A stretch of DNA of 34,636 nt from a virus. Lineage: Duplodnaviria; Caudoviricetes. The stretch lies in the IMG/VR virus record IMGVR_UViG_3300050162_000068, positions 1 to 34,636 of that record; one strand, 5' to 3'. Position 1 is the stretch's first letter; each line of letters begins with the position of its first letter. The notes beneath the pieces were generated by a model. It saw only the letters and a list, made by a program, of their open reading frames with translations, made no database searches and had not been told where the DNA came from. This document shows positions 15,347 to 25,976 of this stretch, piece after piece. A program made the translations under genes and the position numbers.

Positions 15347-17407
15347 ATGGCAAATATCCGATCTCTCCAGCACAGTTTCAACGGCGGGGAACTTACACCA
15401 GAATTCTTCGGGCAGGTTACCGACCAGAAATATTCGACGGGGGCAGCGACCCTGCTTAACTTCATGGCGCTTCCCCACGGCCCCGCGGCAAACAGACCAG
15501 GATTCGAGTTCGTACGGGCGGTGAAGGATTCCAGCAAGGCCGTGCGTTTGATCCCTTTTGTTTACTCTACCACCCAGACCTTTGCAATCGAGTTCGGAGC
15601 GGGATACTTCCGATTCCATACCGCGGGGGCCACCGTGATGAACAGCGGTGTGCCTTATGAAATAACCAGCGATTACGCAGAGGCCGATTTATTCGACGTC
15701 CATTACGTACAATCGGCGGACGTGATGACGCTAGTTCACCCATCCTATCCCCCGCGCGAGCTGCGACGCTATGGGGCATTGGATTGGCGATTGGTTGATA
15801 TTGATTTTGTTCCCGATTTGGCAGCGCCCACGGGAGTAACAGCAACCGCAACAGTGGGTTCAGGAACCAGCAGCAATACCGTTTACAGTTATGTCGTCAC
15901 CAATGTCGATTCTACCGGCCTTAATGAATCTATAGCCTCTTCCGCCGCAAGCTGCACAGGGGATTTACTGCTGACAGATTCCTATAATACCGTTGGTTGG
16001 ACAGCTGTTTCGGGGGCATATCGATACAACATATACCGCAAGTATGAAGGGCTTTACGGCTACGTCGGGCAGACTGCGGACGTATCCTTTATCGATGACA
16101 ACATAACGCCCGATCTGACGCAAACACCCCCGGAGCAAGACGATCCATTCAGCAGTGCGGACAACTACCCAAGCGCGGTGGGTTACTTCGAACAACGCCG
16201 TGTTTTTGCGGGCACGGAAAACAAACCACAAAACGTATGGCTTACCCGAAGCGGTACCGAAAGTAACATGTCCTATTCCCTGCCAACTCGGGATGAGGAT
16301 TCTATTCGCTTTCGGATTGCAGTTAGGGAGGCCAGCCGTATTTTGCACATCGTACCTCTGACAAACCTCGTAGCACTTACTAGCGCCACTGAACTGCGGA
16401 TTTCGTCCACCGATTCCGGAGCGCTTACACCAAGCAACCCGAGTGTGCGCCCGCAATCGTATGTCGGGGCCAACAATACGCAGCCGCTGGTGGTGAACAA
16501 CAATCTGTTATTCGTAGCGGCAAGGGGCGGTCACGTTCGCGAACTGGCCTATAACTATTACGCCGGGGGTTACGTGACCGGGGATATCTCCCTACGTGCC
16601 CCGCATTTGTTTGATGGCCTCGATGTGACGGATTGCGCCTACCAGAAATCACCATATCCGATTTGCTGGTGGGTATCATCCAACGGTCAGCTACTTGGGC
16701 TCACGTACGTGCCTGAACAACAGATTGGGGCCTGGCACCGGCACGATACAATAAATGGATCCTTTGAATCGGTGTGCTGTATCGCGGATGGGGATACCGA
16801 GGACCGGATCTATGTAGTGGTCAAGCGTACGGTGAATGGGGCAACTGTCCGGTATATCGAGCGCATGAGCACCGTTCTTTTCGCAGATCGCGCAGACGCA
16901 TTTTTTGTCGATTCTGGCCTTACGTACGAAGGAACCGCCACGACCTCGATAAGTGGTTTAGACCACCTGACAGGGGAAACGGTAAACATTCTGGCGGATG
17001 GCGCGGTGCTACCGCAACAAACAGTCGTAAGCGGCGGGATCACGTTACCGGTAGCCGCAAGCAAGGTTACGGTAGGCTTACCCATTACCGCTACTATTGC
17101 GACGCTACCGCTAGCGCAGCAGGTAGATGGTGGCATGGGGCAGGGCCGCTATAAAGACGTTAACCAGCTTTGGATCAGAGTTTACCAATCCAGTGGACTA
17201 TGGGCAGGGCCATCTCTTGACGATTTGGTGGAAGCCAAACCGAGAAGCACCGAAGTCTACGGATCGCCACCTAATCTGAAATCAGAAGAAATATACATCC
17301 GACCCGGTGGCCGGTGGAACGATTCCGGTCAGATTTACATACAGCAAACCGATCCACTGCCTCTTAAAGTGGTAGCAATAACCGCCGAGGTAGCGATAGG
17401 CGCGTAA
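15347..17407 (+). CDS. Tail nozzle / tail tubular protein B (T7 gp12-like)
   Basis: QHSFNGGELTP, RLIPF, QSADVM, YPSAVGYFEQRRVFAG, AWHRH, QTDPLPL. Confidence 0.88.
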   Translation: MANIRSLQHSFNGGELTPEFFGQVTDQKYSTGAATLLNFMALPHGPAANRPGFEFVRAVKDSSKAVRLIPFVYSTTQTFAIEFGAGYFRFHTAGATVMNSGVPYEITSDYAEADLFDVHYVQSADVMTLVHPSYPPRELRRYGALDWRLVDIDFVPDLAAPTGVTATATVGSGTSSNTVYSYVVTNVDSTGLNESIASSAASCTGDLLLTDSYNTVGWTAVSGAYRYNIYRKYEGLYGYVGQTADVSFIDDNITPDLTQTPPEQDDPFSSADNYPSAVGYFEQRRVFAGTENKPQNVWLTRSGTESNMSYSLPTRDEDSIRFRIAVREASRILHIVPLTNLVALTSATELRISSTDSGALTPSNPSVRPQSYVGANNTQPLVVNNNLLFVAARGGHVRELAYNYYAGGYVTGDISLRAPHLFDGLDVTDCAYQKSPYPICWWVSSNGQLLGLTYVPEQQIGAWHRHDTINGSFESVCCIADGDTEDRIYVVVKRTVNGATVRYIERMSTVLFADRADAFFVDSGLTYEGTATTSISGLDHLTGETVNILADGAVLPQQTVVSGGITLPVAASKVTVGLPITATIATLPLAQQVDGGMGQGRYKDVNQLWIRVYQSSGLWAGPSLDDLVEAKPRSTEVYGSPPNLKSEEIYIRPGGRWNDSGQIYIQQTDPLPLKVVAITAEVAIGA

Positions 17408-17418
17408 GGAAAGCGGTG

Positions 17419-17450
17419 GTGTACCTAAGATGGTCCCACCGCTTTATACT
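17419..17450 (+). promoter_or_regulatory. Putative late promoter 3, GTGTACCT-N18-TATACT, embedded in a 10-bp inverted repeat
   Basis: Same octamer and spacing; AAAGCGGTGG (17410-17419) and CCACCGCTTT (17436-17445). Confidence 0.75.
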
Positions 17451-17478
17451 GGATCCGTAAAACATATGGGGCGAAAGT

Positions 17479-18090
17479 ATGGGAATATCATCGATTGCAG
17501 CGGCTTCCGGCCTATCACAAACGGCTGTCGGGGCGCAGGTGGCGGGGGGTTTGGCTTCCGCCGTAGGAAGTACGGTTTCCGCTTTGTCGCAGAAAAATGC
17601 TTATGAATTTTCATCAAGCATGGCGGAGCTCAATGCGCAGCAAGCAGAGCTCGGTTATAAATCGGCAGTAACTGCGGGGCAGCAAGCCGAAGAAAAATCC
17701 ATGATCCAAACGGCGCAGCTGAAAAGTAAACAGACTACCGCCATGGCCGCAAATGGTCTGGATTTAAGTGAAGGGTCGCCGCTTAACGTGCTGACAACAA
17801 CGGACGTTATGGGCAAGATAGACCAGAACAACATCAAGGCAAACGCGGTGATGGCGGCTTTCGGATACAAGACACAGGAAACAAATTCGCTTATCCAGGC
17901 AAAGATGGCCTCGGCATCCGCGGGATCTATCAGTGCCCCTTTGAGTACAGCCACCAGCTTGCTTACCTCCGCTTCCAATGTCGCGGGAAAATGGTACCAG
18001 GCTTCGCGTGCTGGGGTTTTTGGGTCCAGCAACTCTACCTCTGTTTTGGCATCCAATACTAACAGCGACTGGCTGTCTTCGGTTTTCTAA
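17479..18090 (+). CDS. Internal virion (ejection) protein, T7 gp14-like
   Basis: Ala/Ser/Gly-rich; Q..AMAANGLDLSEGSPLNV motif; first of three ejection genes. Confidence 0.75.
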   Translation: MGISSIAAASGLSQTAVGAQVAGGLASAVGSTVSALSQKNAYEFSSSMAELNAQQAELGYKSAVTAGQQAEEKSMIQTAQLKSKQTTAMAANGLDLSEGSPLNVLTTTDVMGKIDQNNIKANAVMAAFGYKTQETNSLIQAKMASASAGSISAPLSTATSLLTSASNVAGKWYQASRAGVFGSSNSTSVLASNTNSDWLSSVF

Positions 18091-18102
18091 GGAGTACGCA
18101 AC

Positions 18103-20244
18103 ATGCCTCAAGTACCAACCTATGACAATTTGACGACAAACCTACAGGCCGCGAATCCCGGCAGTTTTTCAGCACCTGCCCCCACCAATTTTGCAGCCCA
18201 GCAAGCGCAGCAGGTAGGGGCCGCGGCTATGCAGGCGGGGGATACCGCTCTGGGGATCGCTACAGATATCCAGGAGCAGGCTAACCAGTTACGCGTGGAT
18301 GACGCCGTAAATAAAGCCCGTGAGCACGCCTTGCAACTAACCTTCGGGGATAACGGATATTCCAAACTGACAGGAGAAGCCGCGCTTAACAGACCGTCAG
18401 GTAAACCTCTGGCGGATGAATACGCAGATCAACTAAAGGATCAGATGGGGCAAATCTCCGCAGGGCTGGGTAATAATGCCCAGCGAGAAGCTTTTGCACG
18501 GCAGGCTCAGAATATTCAGGGGGGTTTCTACAGTTCGGTGATGTCGCATACTGCAGAACAGTTCCGCAACTATGGGATCTCGGTTCGGCAGGGCACCATC
18601 GATAACCGGACCAATGAAATCGGATTGAATTACCGAAATCCCGCAGCCGTAGAGCAAAACGTAAAATCTATTCAGGCGGCGGTATACGATCTGGGCAGGA
18701 TACAGGGATGGTCTGGGGAAGAAACACAGGCCAAGATGCAGCAAGCCACCAGCCAGGCGCACAAGCTCGCCATATCCTCTGCGCTACAGGACAATAATTT
18801 GGGATACGCAACGGCTTATGTAAACCATTTCGGCGATCAAATGGATGCGCAGGATTTACTGCAGGTACGCGGGTATCTTACCCGCGAGCAGGATTCCCAA
18901 ATCGCGCTCAAAGTATCAACCGACGTCATGCAGAAATACACGCCACAGTTGCAAAACTCAGACTTTGATCGAGCCTTTAACATCCTTGTCGGGGCGGAAT
19001 CCGGCGGGAAACAGATGGATGCCAATGGGCAGCCGTTGACCAGTCCGAAAGGGGCTATTGGTGCAGCACAAGTTATGCCGACTACCGCCCCCGAAGCCGC
19101 GGAACTGGCGGGATTACCTTGGGATGAAAACCTGTATAAAACGAATGCGGATTACAACAAGGCGTTAGGTGCAGCGTATTTTAAAAAACAGGTGCAGGCC
19201 TTTGGTGGTGATTTAGCAAAAGCGTATGCGGCATATAACGCGGGCCCGCAGGCTGTCAAAGATGCGATCACAGCAAGCCAGAAAGACGGTACGGACTGGC
19301 TGTCTAAAGTGCCAGCAGAAACGCAAAACTACGTTACCAATAATCTGAACGCTTACGCTAACGGGGCGGGGAAATACCAGATGCCCACTCTTCTTGAAAT
19401 GCAGAATGACGTAAGGGAGCGCATGGGGCCTTTAGCCAGCCCGACCCGATTAAAGGCAGCGCTCGATGAAACCGAACGCCAGTATTCAGCAATGAAAGCC
19501 GATATCACACAAAGGCAAGCCCAGACAAAAACAGATGCCCTACAGCAGATCATGCAGAACGGTGGCAATTTCAACGCGCTACCCATTAGCGTTCGCGGGG
19601 CTTTAGCGCCGGAAGATGCAGCAAGCGCTATGGATTTCGCCAAAAAGATATCAACGGGGCAGGACGTAACGACCGATCTGTATTTATACAATCAGTTAAC
19701 TAACAATCCAAAAATGCTAACAGGTATGTCGGATGCGCAGTTCTACGCTACCCGCACGGCTCTGTCCACCGCGGATTTTAAACATTTTTCCGATTTGCGG
19801 GCAAAGGCCAGCGGATCCGGTATCGGTTCCAGCGGCCCCGGTGATCTGGATACTTCTGCTATCAAAAATATCCTCGATAACCGATTGGATATGTCGGGTA
19901 TTGTCTCCAACCCGCCCAGCAACGACCGGGAGGGGCAGCAGCAGATCGGGGGTATCCGGCAATTTGTGGATCAATATTTGCTTACCGCGCAAAAGGAAGC
20001 GGGGCATAAGTTCAAGCAGGATGAAATTCAAAGCCAGATTGATCAACTGTTCGCCCGCAACATAACGCTGCAAGGCATGTTCAACAAGGGCGATAAAAAG
20101 TCTATCATGCAGATAACTACCGGGGATATTCCGGATGAAGATTTAACACAAATCAAGGGCGCACTTTCCCGTCGCGGGTTTACGAATCCGACCGATGCGC
20201 AGATCCTGAACTTATACCGAATGGGGCAGGTAGCCAAAAAATGA
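18103..20244 (+). CDS. Internal virion protein with lytic transglycosylase (SLT) domain
   Basis: MPQVPTY start; AESGG...SPKGAIGAAQVMPTT...AYAAYNAGP...PAETQNYV. Confidence 0.88.
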   Translation: MPQVPTYDNLTTNLQAANPGSFSAPAPTNFAAQQAQQVGAAAMQAGDTALGIATDIQEQANQLRVDDAVNKAREHALQLTFGDNGYSKLTGEAALNRPSGKPLADEYADQLKDQMGQISAGLGNNAQREAFARQAQNIQGGFYSSVMSHTAEQFRNYGISVRQGTIDNRTNEIGLNYRNPAAVEQNVKSIQAAVYDLGRIQGWSGEETQAKMQQATSQAHKLAISSALQDNNLGYATAYVNHFGDQMDAQDLLQVRGYLTREQDSQIALKVSTDVMQKYTPQLQNSDFDRAFNILVGAESGGKQMDANGQPLTSPKGAIGAAQVMPTTAPEAAELAGLPWDENLYKTNADYNKALGAAYFKKQVQAFGGDLAKAYAAYNAGPQAVKDAITASQKDGTDWLSKVPAETQNYVTNNLNAYANGAGKYQMPTLLEMQNDVRERMGPLASPTRLKAALDETERQYSAMKADITQRQAQTKTDALQQIMQNGGNFNALPISVRGALAPEDAASAMDFAKKISTGQDVTTDLYLYNQLTNNPKMLTGMSDAQFYATRTALSTADFKHFSDLRAKASGSGIGSSGPGDLDTSAIKNILDNRLDMSGIVSNPPSNDREGQQQIGGIRQFVDQYLLTAQKEAGHKFKQDEIQSQIDQLFARNITLQGMFNKGDKKSIMQITTGDIPDEDLTQIKGALSRRGFTNPTDAQILNLYRMGQVAKK

Positions 20245-23200
20245 CCGATTATGATAGCTTACTCGACCAAGCCAGCTCTTCATTAAACAAGTACGATACG
20301 CTTTTAGGTGGAAGCGATACCGATCCGCGCGCCGCCTCCGCGCGACAAGGTGTTGCTTCCGCCGTTCTATCGGGGGTGGATGCGGATGCTTACGCCGCAG
20401 CCGCCAAGGTTGCCGCGAAAACGGGATTACCGGTAAACACAATAATGGGGCAACCCGCCGAAGTTGCCAAGCAAACGCAAGTCGGGTCCATCGATTTTAA
20501 CGACCTTGCCCAAACTGCCCCCGCAACAGCAGATCTTCTATCCGATTACCAAAAGGCTATGATCTCGCACGATGATGTGGATAACCTGTCGGGTATTGAG
20601 AAAGCTTTGGCACCGGTGGCCCGCGTATCTCGGGCGGTAGGCGCGGGGATGTATGACGTAGCTACCGCGTGGCCGGGTATGGCCGAAGTCGCAGTAAAAA
20701 ATATCGCTCCGGTATTAGACTGGACAGAAGGAACTTTGCTACCAGAAAACCCTTTACGGCGGGTGGCCGCAGGGCTTGAGGACTGGCGGAAAAAATCGCA
20801 ACAAGTATCCGAAAACATCCAGGGAGATATCAGCAAGGCGGGGCCTGTTGAGAAAGACGTTATCTCCGGCTTCCGTTCGGTCGGGCAGATGGCCCTGCCG
20901 CTGGCGGGGGCTATCGCTACAGGTAACCCCGCAATTGCCGTCGGCGCAGGCGCAGCGCTGCAAGGAGAGCAAAGCGCTACGCAAGCCTTAGATAAGGGGG
21001 CGACGCCATTTACAGCGCTTACCCTTGGGTTAGCGGACGCAGAAGCGGAGGCAGTTACCGAGGCGCTACCTGTGGGCCGATTGGTTAAGGACGTAAAGGC
21101 GGGAGCGCCCTTATGGAAGCTGATAGGCAATCAAATCATGCGCGAGGTACCCACCGAAATGGCGGCTACCGCATGGCAGAATTTTGACCAATGGGCGCTT
21201 ATCAATAAGGATAAACCATTCAGCGATTATCTGAACGAATTACCGGATGCCGAAAAATCTACGGTGATATCTACCATTACATCCACCATCGCGACCGCTG
21301 GCCTTGGTCACGGGATCAATCGGGTGTTCGGCCAAGCCGAAATGCGCAGACAGCAGGCGCAGGATGCAGGACAATCCGCGGAAGCCTTACAAGCAGTTAC
21401 CGATTTGGCGAAACAGAGCAAGACACTGGCTCGCGATCCAGACGCCTTCAAAAGTTTTATAGGACAGATTGCGCAAGGGACACCTGTAGAAACCGTTTAT
21501 ATTGACGCTGACAAACTGGCGCAATCCGGCTTTCTGGATAAATTGTCCGAGGTATCCCCCGCGGTTCGTGAACAATATCAGGGAGCCGTTACTTCTGGGG
21601 GTATGGTTGCTATCCCCCTGGACGAGTATGCCACCAGCATAGCGCCTACGGATATGGGTGCGGCGCTGATGCAGGACTTGCGTACCGATCCAAATGGTAT
21701 GTCCATGAGCGAGCAGCAAGAATACCTGAAAGACGGTGGCCGTGAAGCGCTGCGGGCGGATTTGCAGACCGCAGTCGATGCGCAGATGCAGACCGATGCT
21801 TTCAAGCAATCGGCGGATTCTGTACGTAAGAGCATTCTGGATCAGCTGAACTCCGCGGGTCGGTTTGATAAAGACGTAAACGAGCAATACGCCACGTTAT
21901 CCGGTAGCTTTTACAATGTCATGGCCGCACGCATGGGTATGACGCCGGAAGAATATTTCAAAACAAATCCCCTGACCATCACCGATCAGGTACCTGCGGG
22001 AGAAACCGCGGCGGATGTGCGCGGACAATTTGTTCCGGCAACAAATACCTTGCGGCTTCTTGAAAAAGCGGACCTGTCGACATACATCCACGAATCCGGG
22101 CATTTCTTCCTGAACTCTTTCACAAAATTGATCGATTCTGAAAACCTCCCGACGGACATCAAGGAGGATATTGATTCGGTCATGAAATGGTTTGGGGTCC
22201 CTTCCGCGCAGGAATGGAATGCCATGCCGATAGACCAGCAGCGGGAATATCATGAGAAATTCGCTCGGGGATTTGAGGCCTACGCTTTTGAAGGAAAGGC
22301 ACCATCTATCGAATTGCAGCGTACGTTTCAGACTTTCCGATCCTGGATGTTGAACGTTTACCGGGCATTGGTTGCCGCGGTTCGCGGAAGTAGCAATAAG
22401 GTCGGTACCGCCAAACCCGCGGAAATTGCCAAAACATTGAACGTGGAATTATCAGACGAAGTACGGGCGGTGTTTGATCGTATGCTGGCCAGCGCGGACG
22501 AGATCCAGACCGCGGAGCAAATGCGGGGCATGCAACCCCTGATAACGGATCCCGCGGCGCTGGGGATGTCGCGGGAGGAATATCTTGCGTACCACAAAGA
22601 AAGTCTGGCGGCGTCAATGGATGCCACACAGGAACTGGAAACAAAAAGTCTGCGGGATTTACAATGGTTTCACAATGCACAAGGCCGTGAAGTTAAACGT
22701 CTGCAAAGGGAATCGGACAGTAAGCGTAAAGCATTGCGCACGCAGATCCAAAAAGATGTTATGTCCCGTCCGGTATATCAGGCTTATAAATATTTGACAG
22801 GTCGCAACCACATCAAAGATCCAGCAAACGCGGGTCGTTTTCTTGAAAGCGATATCACTAAACAGTATCCGGAAGCAATTAGCGCCACTCTAAAAAACAG
22901 AGGCATGCTATCGCCTAAGGGGATATCCCCTGACTTGATTGCTGAAAAGTTTGGTTTTACGTCGGGGGATGCGTTGGTAAGGCAGCTGGCCGCGGCCAAT
23001 GATATGAACGGGGAAATCGAAGGTCTGACGGATGCGGCTATGCTGTCACAGTACAGCGAATTGGCTACGCCAGAAGGTATTGATCGGGAGGCAGACAAGG
23101 CGGTTCACAACACGCTAAGAGCTAAAGTGCTGACCACCGAAGCTAACGCATTAGCCAAGGCGGTAGGGCAGCGCAAAGTCGTCTACGCCGCCGCAAAAGA

Positions 23201-25916
23201 GTACGCCGCGCAGATAGTCGCCCGCAATCCGATCCGCTTGATGCGGCCATCGCAGTATACCGCTGCGGAAGCGCGGGCAGCGAAAGCAGCGGCGCAAGCC
23301 TATAACAAAGGGGATCTAAAAGCTGCCGCCACTGAAAAGCGCAATCAATTAATCAATAACCTGGTAGCCAAAGAAGTATTTAAAGCGCAGGAAGAGGCCA
23401 AAAAGGTAGACCAGTATTTCCGCAAAATTGCGGATCTTCCGGACGACAAGGTAGGCAAAACCCGCGACATGGATATCGTAAATGCTGTTCGTGGGGTGCT
23501 TGCGCAATACGGCTACGGCGCGCGTAAAGCAAAAACCGCGGCCGAATATCTTGATCGGGTTAAAGAGAATGATCCGGAAACGTTCGCTATTGTTGCCCAA
23601 AGTGTGGCAACGGCCGAGGCTACCGCCAAAAGCGTAAACGACATGACTATGGAAGAATTGCGCGGCCTGCGGGATGAAATTGATTCTATGTGGTTTATGG
23701 CAAAGCGCAGCCGCCAGATGGAGGTTGATGGCGATTTGTTGGATCGGCAGGACGCCGCCGACCAATTGCACGAACGTATGCAGGAAATCGGCATACCCGA
23801 GCAAATCGGCACCGATCAAGCGGTTACAAAGCGGCAGGAAGCACTCATGAATTTCATGTCGTTGATCGCCTGTGGGCGGCGAGTGGAATCCTGGGTTGGC
23901 TTGAAAGACGGACAGCAGCTGACCGGTCCTTTCCGGCGGTATATCTTCAACCCAATCAAGGATGCCGCCGATAAATATCGAGTCGATAAACAGACAAAAT
24001 TAAAAGAATTTCGCGATGTCGTTGCAAGCGTACAGGATAGTTTTAAACGAGAAATTATCGATGCACCGGAACTTGGGTATACCTTCGGTAAGGACGGCAG
24101 CGGCGTAGCCATGAACGAAATTCTGCATGCGATCCTACATACCGGTAACGATTCGAATATGCGTAAAATGCTGCTCGGGCGCGGCTGGGCGTCCGAGAAT
24201 GCGGACGGTTCGCTGAATACTAAAAACTGGAATAGTTTTATTCAGCGTATGGTATCCGAAGGGAAAATCACCAAAGAGCATTTCGACTTTGCGCAAAAGA
24301 TCTGGGATTTATTGGAATCCATGAAACCCGCAGCACAAGCCGCGCATCGTGTGGCTTTCGGTAAATATTTCGCGGAAGTTACCGCGCGGGAATTCGACAC
24401 CCCTTTTGGCAAGTATCGCGGGGGATACGTTCCGGCGCAGGTGGACAGCCGTATCGTAAAGGATATGGAACTGAAAAAGCTGATAGAGGAAGGTAAAGAA
24501 AATATGTCCTACGCTTTCCCGTCCACCAGCAAAGGCTTTACGAAAGCGCGTGTTGAATATAATCGCCCGCTGATGCTGGATATCCGCTCCCTTTCGCAGC
24601 ACATCGACAAAGTGCTTTTGTTCAGCCATATGGAGGTACCGGTAAGAGACGCAGGAAAATTGCTACGCATGAAAGATGTCAGTAGCCCTTTGAACCGTAT
24701 CGATCCAGCGGCGATAAACGCCATGTTGATCCCCTGGCTGCAACGCTCTGCCAGTCAGACGGTATCTATCCCTGTGATTGGGGTACCGTGGGCAAACCGG
24801 TTTATCGGGGCGATCCGTAATCGCACCAGCATGGCCGCAATGATGGGTAACTTATCCAATGCCGTTCAGCAAGTAGCGGGATTCTTGATCGCAGGCGTTC
24901 GCGTGCGACCTTCATTGCTGCTATCCGCTACCGCTGACTATATTCGATCCCCCAAAGAGATGGCGCAGCAGGTATCCGGAATGTCTACATACATGGCGCA
25001 TCGTATGGACGCCGAGGTCGGGGCTATGATGGATGACATTGACCAGATCCTGCTAAATCCGAATCTTTATCAGAAAGCGAAGGCCTGGACTGCGCGGCAC
25101 GTTTATTTTCTGCAAACCGCCGTTGATAACGTGATGGGACCGATCATCTGGAAAGGGGCGTACAATCACGCCGCCGAACAGGGATTAAGCCACGAGGATG
25201 CAGTGCGGTTTGCGGATTCAACCATTCGCGAGACGCAGGGGTCCAGTTTGCCGGAGGACGTAAGCCGTTTGGAAACGGGGCCTGCTTACTTGCGATTGTT
25301 TACCCAATTCGCCGGATACTTCAATATGCAGGCTAATTTGCTGGGTACCGAGTTCGGTAAGGTCATGCAGGATGGCGGTATGCGAAAAGGGATGGGCAAA
25401 GGACTCTATGTTTTTATGGCTGGATTTTACGCTCCTGCCATTGTTGCTGAACTGATTGCGCAGGCTTTCCGAGGAGGACCGGGGGATGCCGACAAAGATG
25501 GCGAATATCTGGATGACTGGCTTATGGCGACTCTCGCCTACGGTCCCCTGCGCAACGTGACCGCTTTCGTGCCTTTCGTTGGGCAGGCGGTCAACGCCAC
25601 GGTAGGGGCCTTCACGGGAAGCCCTACAGATGACCGCATGTCCTTGTCGCCTGCGGTTAGCATGATCGAGAGTAGCGCCAAATCCGCGGCGGATTTATAC
25701 CATTCCGTAACCAAAGAGAATACAAACATTCGCGGTTCTGTGCGGGATGTGGGATCGCTAATCAGTCTCACAACAGGACTTCCCGCCAGCGTTGCTGCGC
25801 GGCCTGTGGGTTACGTGTCCGGGGTTGCACAAGGGAAGATCGCTCCTACGGGGGCCGTGGACTTGAGCCGCGGACTTATCACCGGCGTTCCAAGCCCTGA
25901 AAGCAAACGCCCGTAG
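20241..25916 (+). CDS. Large internal virion (ejection) protein, 1891 aa, with HExxH zincin-like motif
   Basis: ATGA coupling; size and position of T7 gp16-like proteins; ADLSTYIHESGHFFL...HEKFARGFEAY. Confidence 0.8.
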   Translation: MTDYDSLLDQASSSLNKYDTLLGGSDTDPRAASARQGVASAVLSGVDADAYAAAAKVAAKTGLPVNTIMGQPAEVAKQTQVGSIDFNDLAQTAPATADLLSDYQKAMISHDDVDNLSGIEKALAPVARVSRAVGAGMYDVATAWPGMAEVAVKNIAPVLDWTEGTLLPENPLRRVAAGLEDWRKKSQQVSENIQGDISKAGPVEKDVISGFRSVGQMALPLAGAIATGNPAIAVGAGAALQGEQSATQALDKGATPFTALTLGLADAEAEAVTEALPVGRLVKDVKAGAPLWKLIGNQIMREVPTEMAATAWQNFDQWALINKDKPFSDYLNELPDAEKSTVISTITSTIATAGLGHGINRVFGQAEMRRQQAQDAGQSAEALQAVTDLAKQSKTLARDPDAFKSFIGQIAQGTPVETVYIDADKLAQSGFLDKLSEVSPAVREQYQGAVTSGGMVAIPLDEYATSIAPTDMGAALMQDLRTDPNGMSMSEQQEYLKDGGREALRADLQTAVDAQMQTDAFKQSADSVRKSILDQLNSAGRFDKDVNEQYATLSGSFYNVMAARMGMTPEEYFKTNPLTITDQVPAGETAADVRGQFVPATNTLRLLEKADLSTYIHESGHFFLNSFTKLIDSENLPTDIKEDIDSVMKWFGVPSAQEWNAMPIDQQREYHEKFARGFEAYAFEGKAPSIELQRTFQTFRSWMLNVYRALVAAVRGSSNKVGTAKPAEIAKTLNVELSDEVRAVFDRMLASADEIQTAEQMRGMQPLITDPAALGMSREEYLAYHKESLAASMDATQELETKSLRDLQWFHNAQGREVKRLQRESDSKRKALRTQIQKDVMSRPVYQAYKYLTGRNHIKDPANAGRFLESDITKQYPEAISATLKNRGMLSPKGISPDLIAEKFGFTSGDALVRQLAAANDMNGEIEGLTDAAMLSQYSELATPEGIDREADKAVHNTLRAKVLTTEANALAKAVGQRKVVYAAAKEYAAQIVARNPIRLMRPSQYTAAEARAAKAAAQAYNKGDLKAAATEKRNQLINNLVAKEVFKAQEEAKKVDQYFRKIADLPDDKVGKTRDMDIVNAVRGVLAQYGYGARKAKTAAEYLDRVKENDPETFAIVAQSVATAEATAKSVNDMTMEELRGLRDEIDSMWFMAKRSRQMEVDGDLLDRQDAADQLHERMQEIGIPEQIGTDQAVTKRQEALMNFMSLIACGRRVESWVGLKDGQQLTGPFRRYIFNPIKDAADKYRVDKQTKLKEFRDVVASVQDSFKREIIDAPELGYTFGKDGSGVAMNEILHAILHTGNDSNMRKMLLGRGWASENADGSLNTKNWNSFIQRMVSEGKITKEHFDFAQKIWDLLESMKPAAQAAHRVAFGKYFAEVTAREFDTPFGKYRGGYVPAQVDSRIVKDMELKKLIEEGKENMSYAFPSTSKGFTKARVEYNRPLMLDIRSLSQHIDKVLLFSHMEVPVRDAGKLLRMKDVSSPLNRIDPAAINAMLIPWLQRSASQTVSIPVIGVPWANRFIGAIRNRTSMAAMMGNLSNAVQQVAGFLIAGVRVRPSLLLSATADYIRSPKEMAQQVSGMSTYMAHRMDAEVGAMMDDIDQILLNPNLYQKAKAWTARHVYFLQTAVDNVMGPIIWKGAYNHAAEQGLSHEDAVRFADSTIRETQGSSLPEDVSRLETGPAYLRLFTQFAGYFNMQANLLGTEFGKVMQDGGMRKGMGKGLYVFMAGFYAPAIVAELIAQAFRGGPGDADKDGEYLDDWLMATLAYGPLRNVTAFVPFVGQAVNATVGAFTGSPTDDRMSLSPAVSMIESSAKSAADLYHSVTKENTNIRGSVRDVGSLISLTTGLPASVAARPVGYVSGVAQGKIAPTGAVDLSRGLITGVPSPESKRP

Positions 25917-25947
25917 TGTACCTGAACGGTCCCCGCTGCATTAAACT
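25916..25947 (+). promoter_or_regulatory. Putative late promoter 4, GTGTACCT-N18-TAAACT
   Basis: Same octamer and spacing; precedes the tailspike and lysis genes. Confidence 0.75.
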
Positions 25948-25976
25948 GATCGCATAATGCAAAGAGGGCTTTTCTT

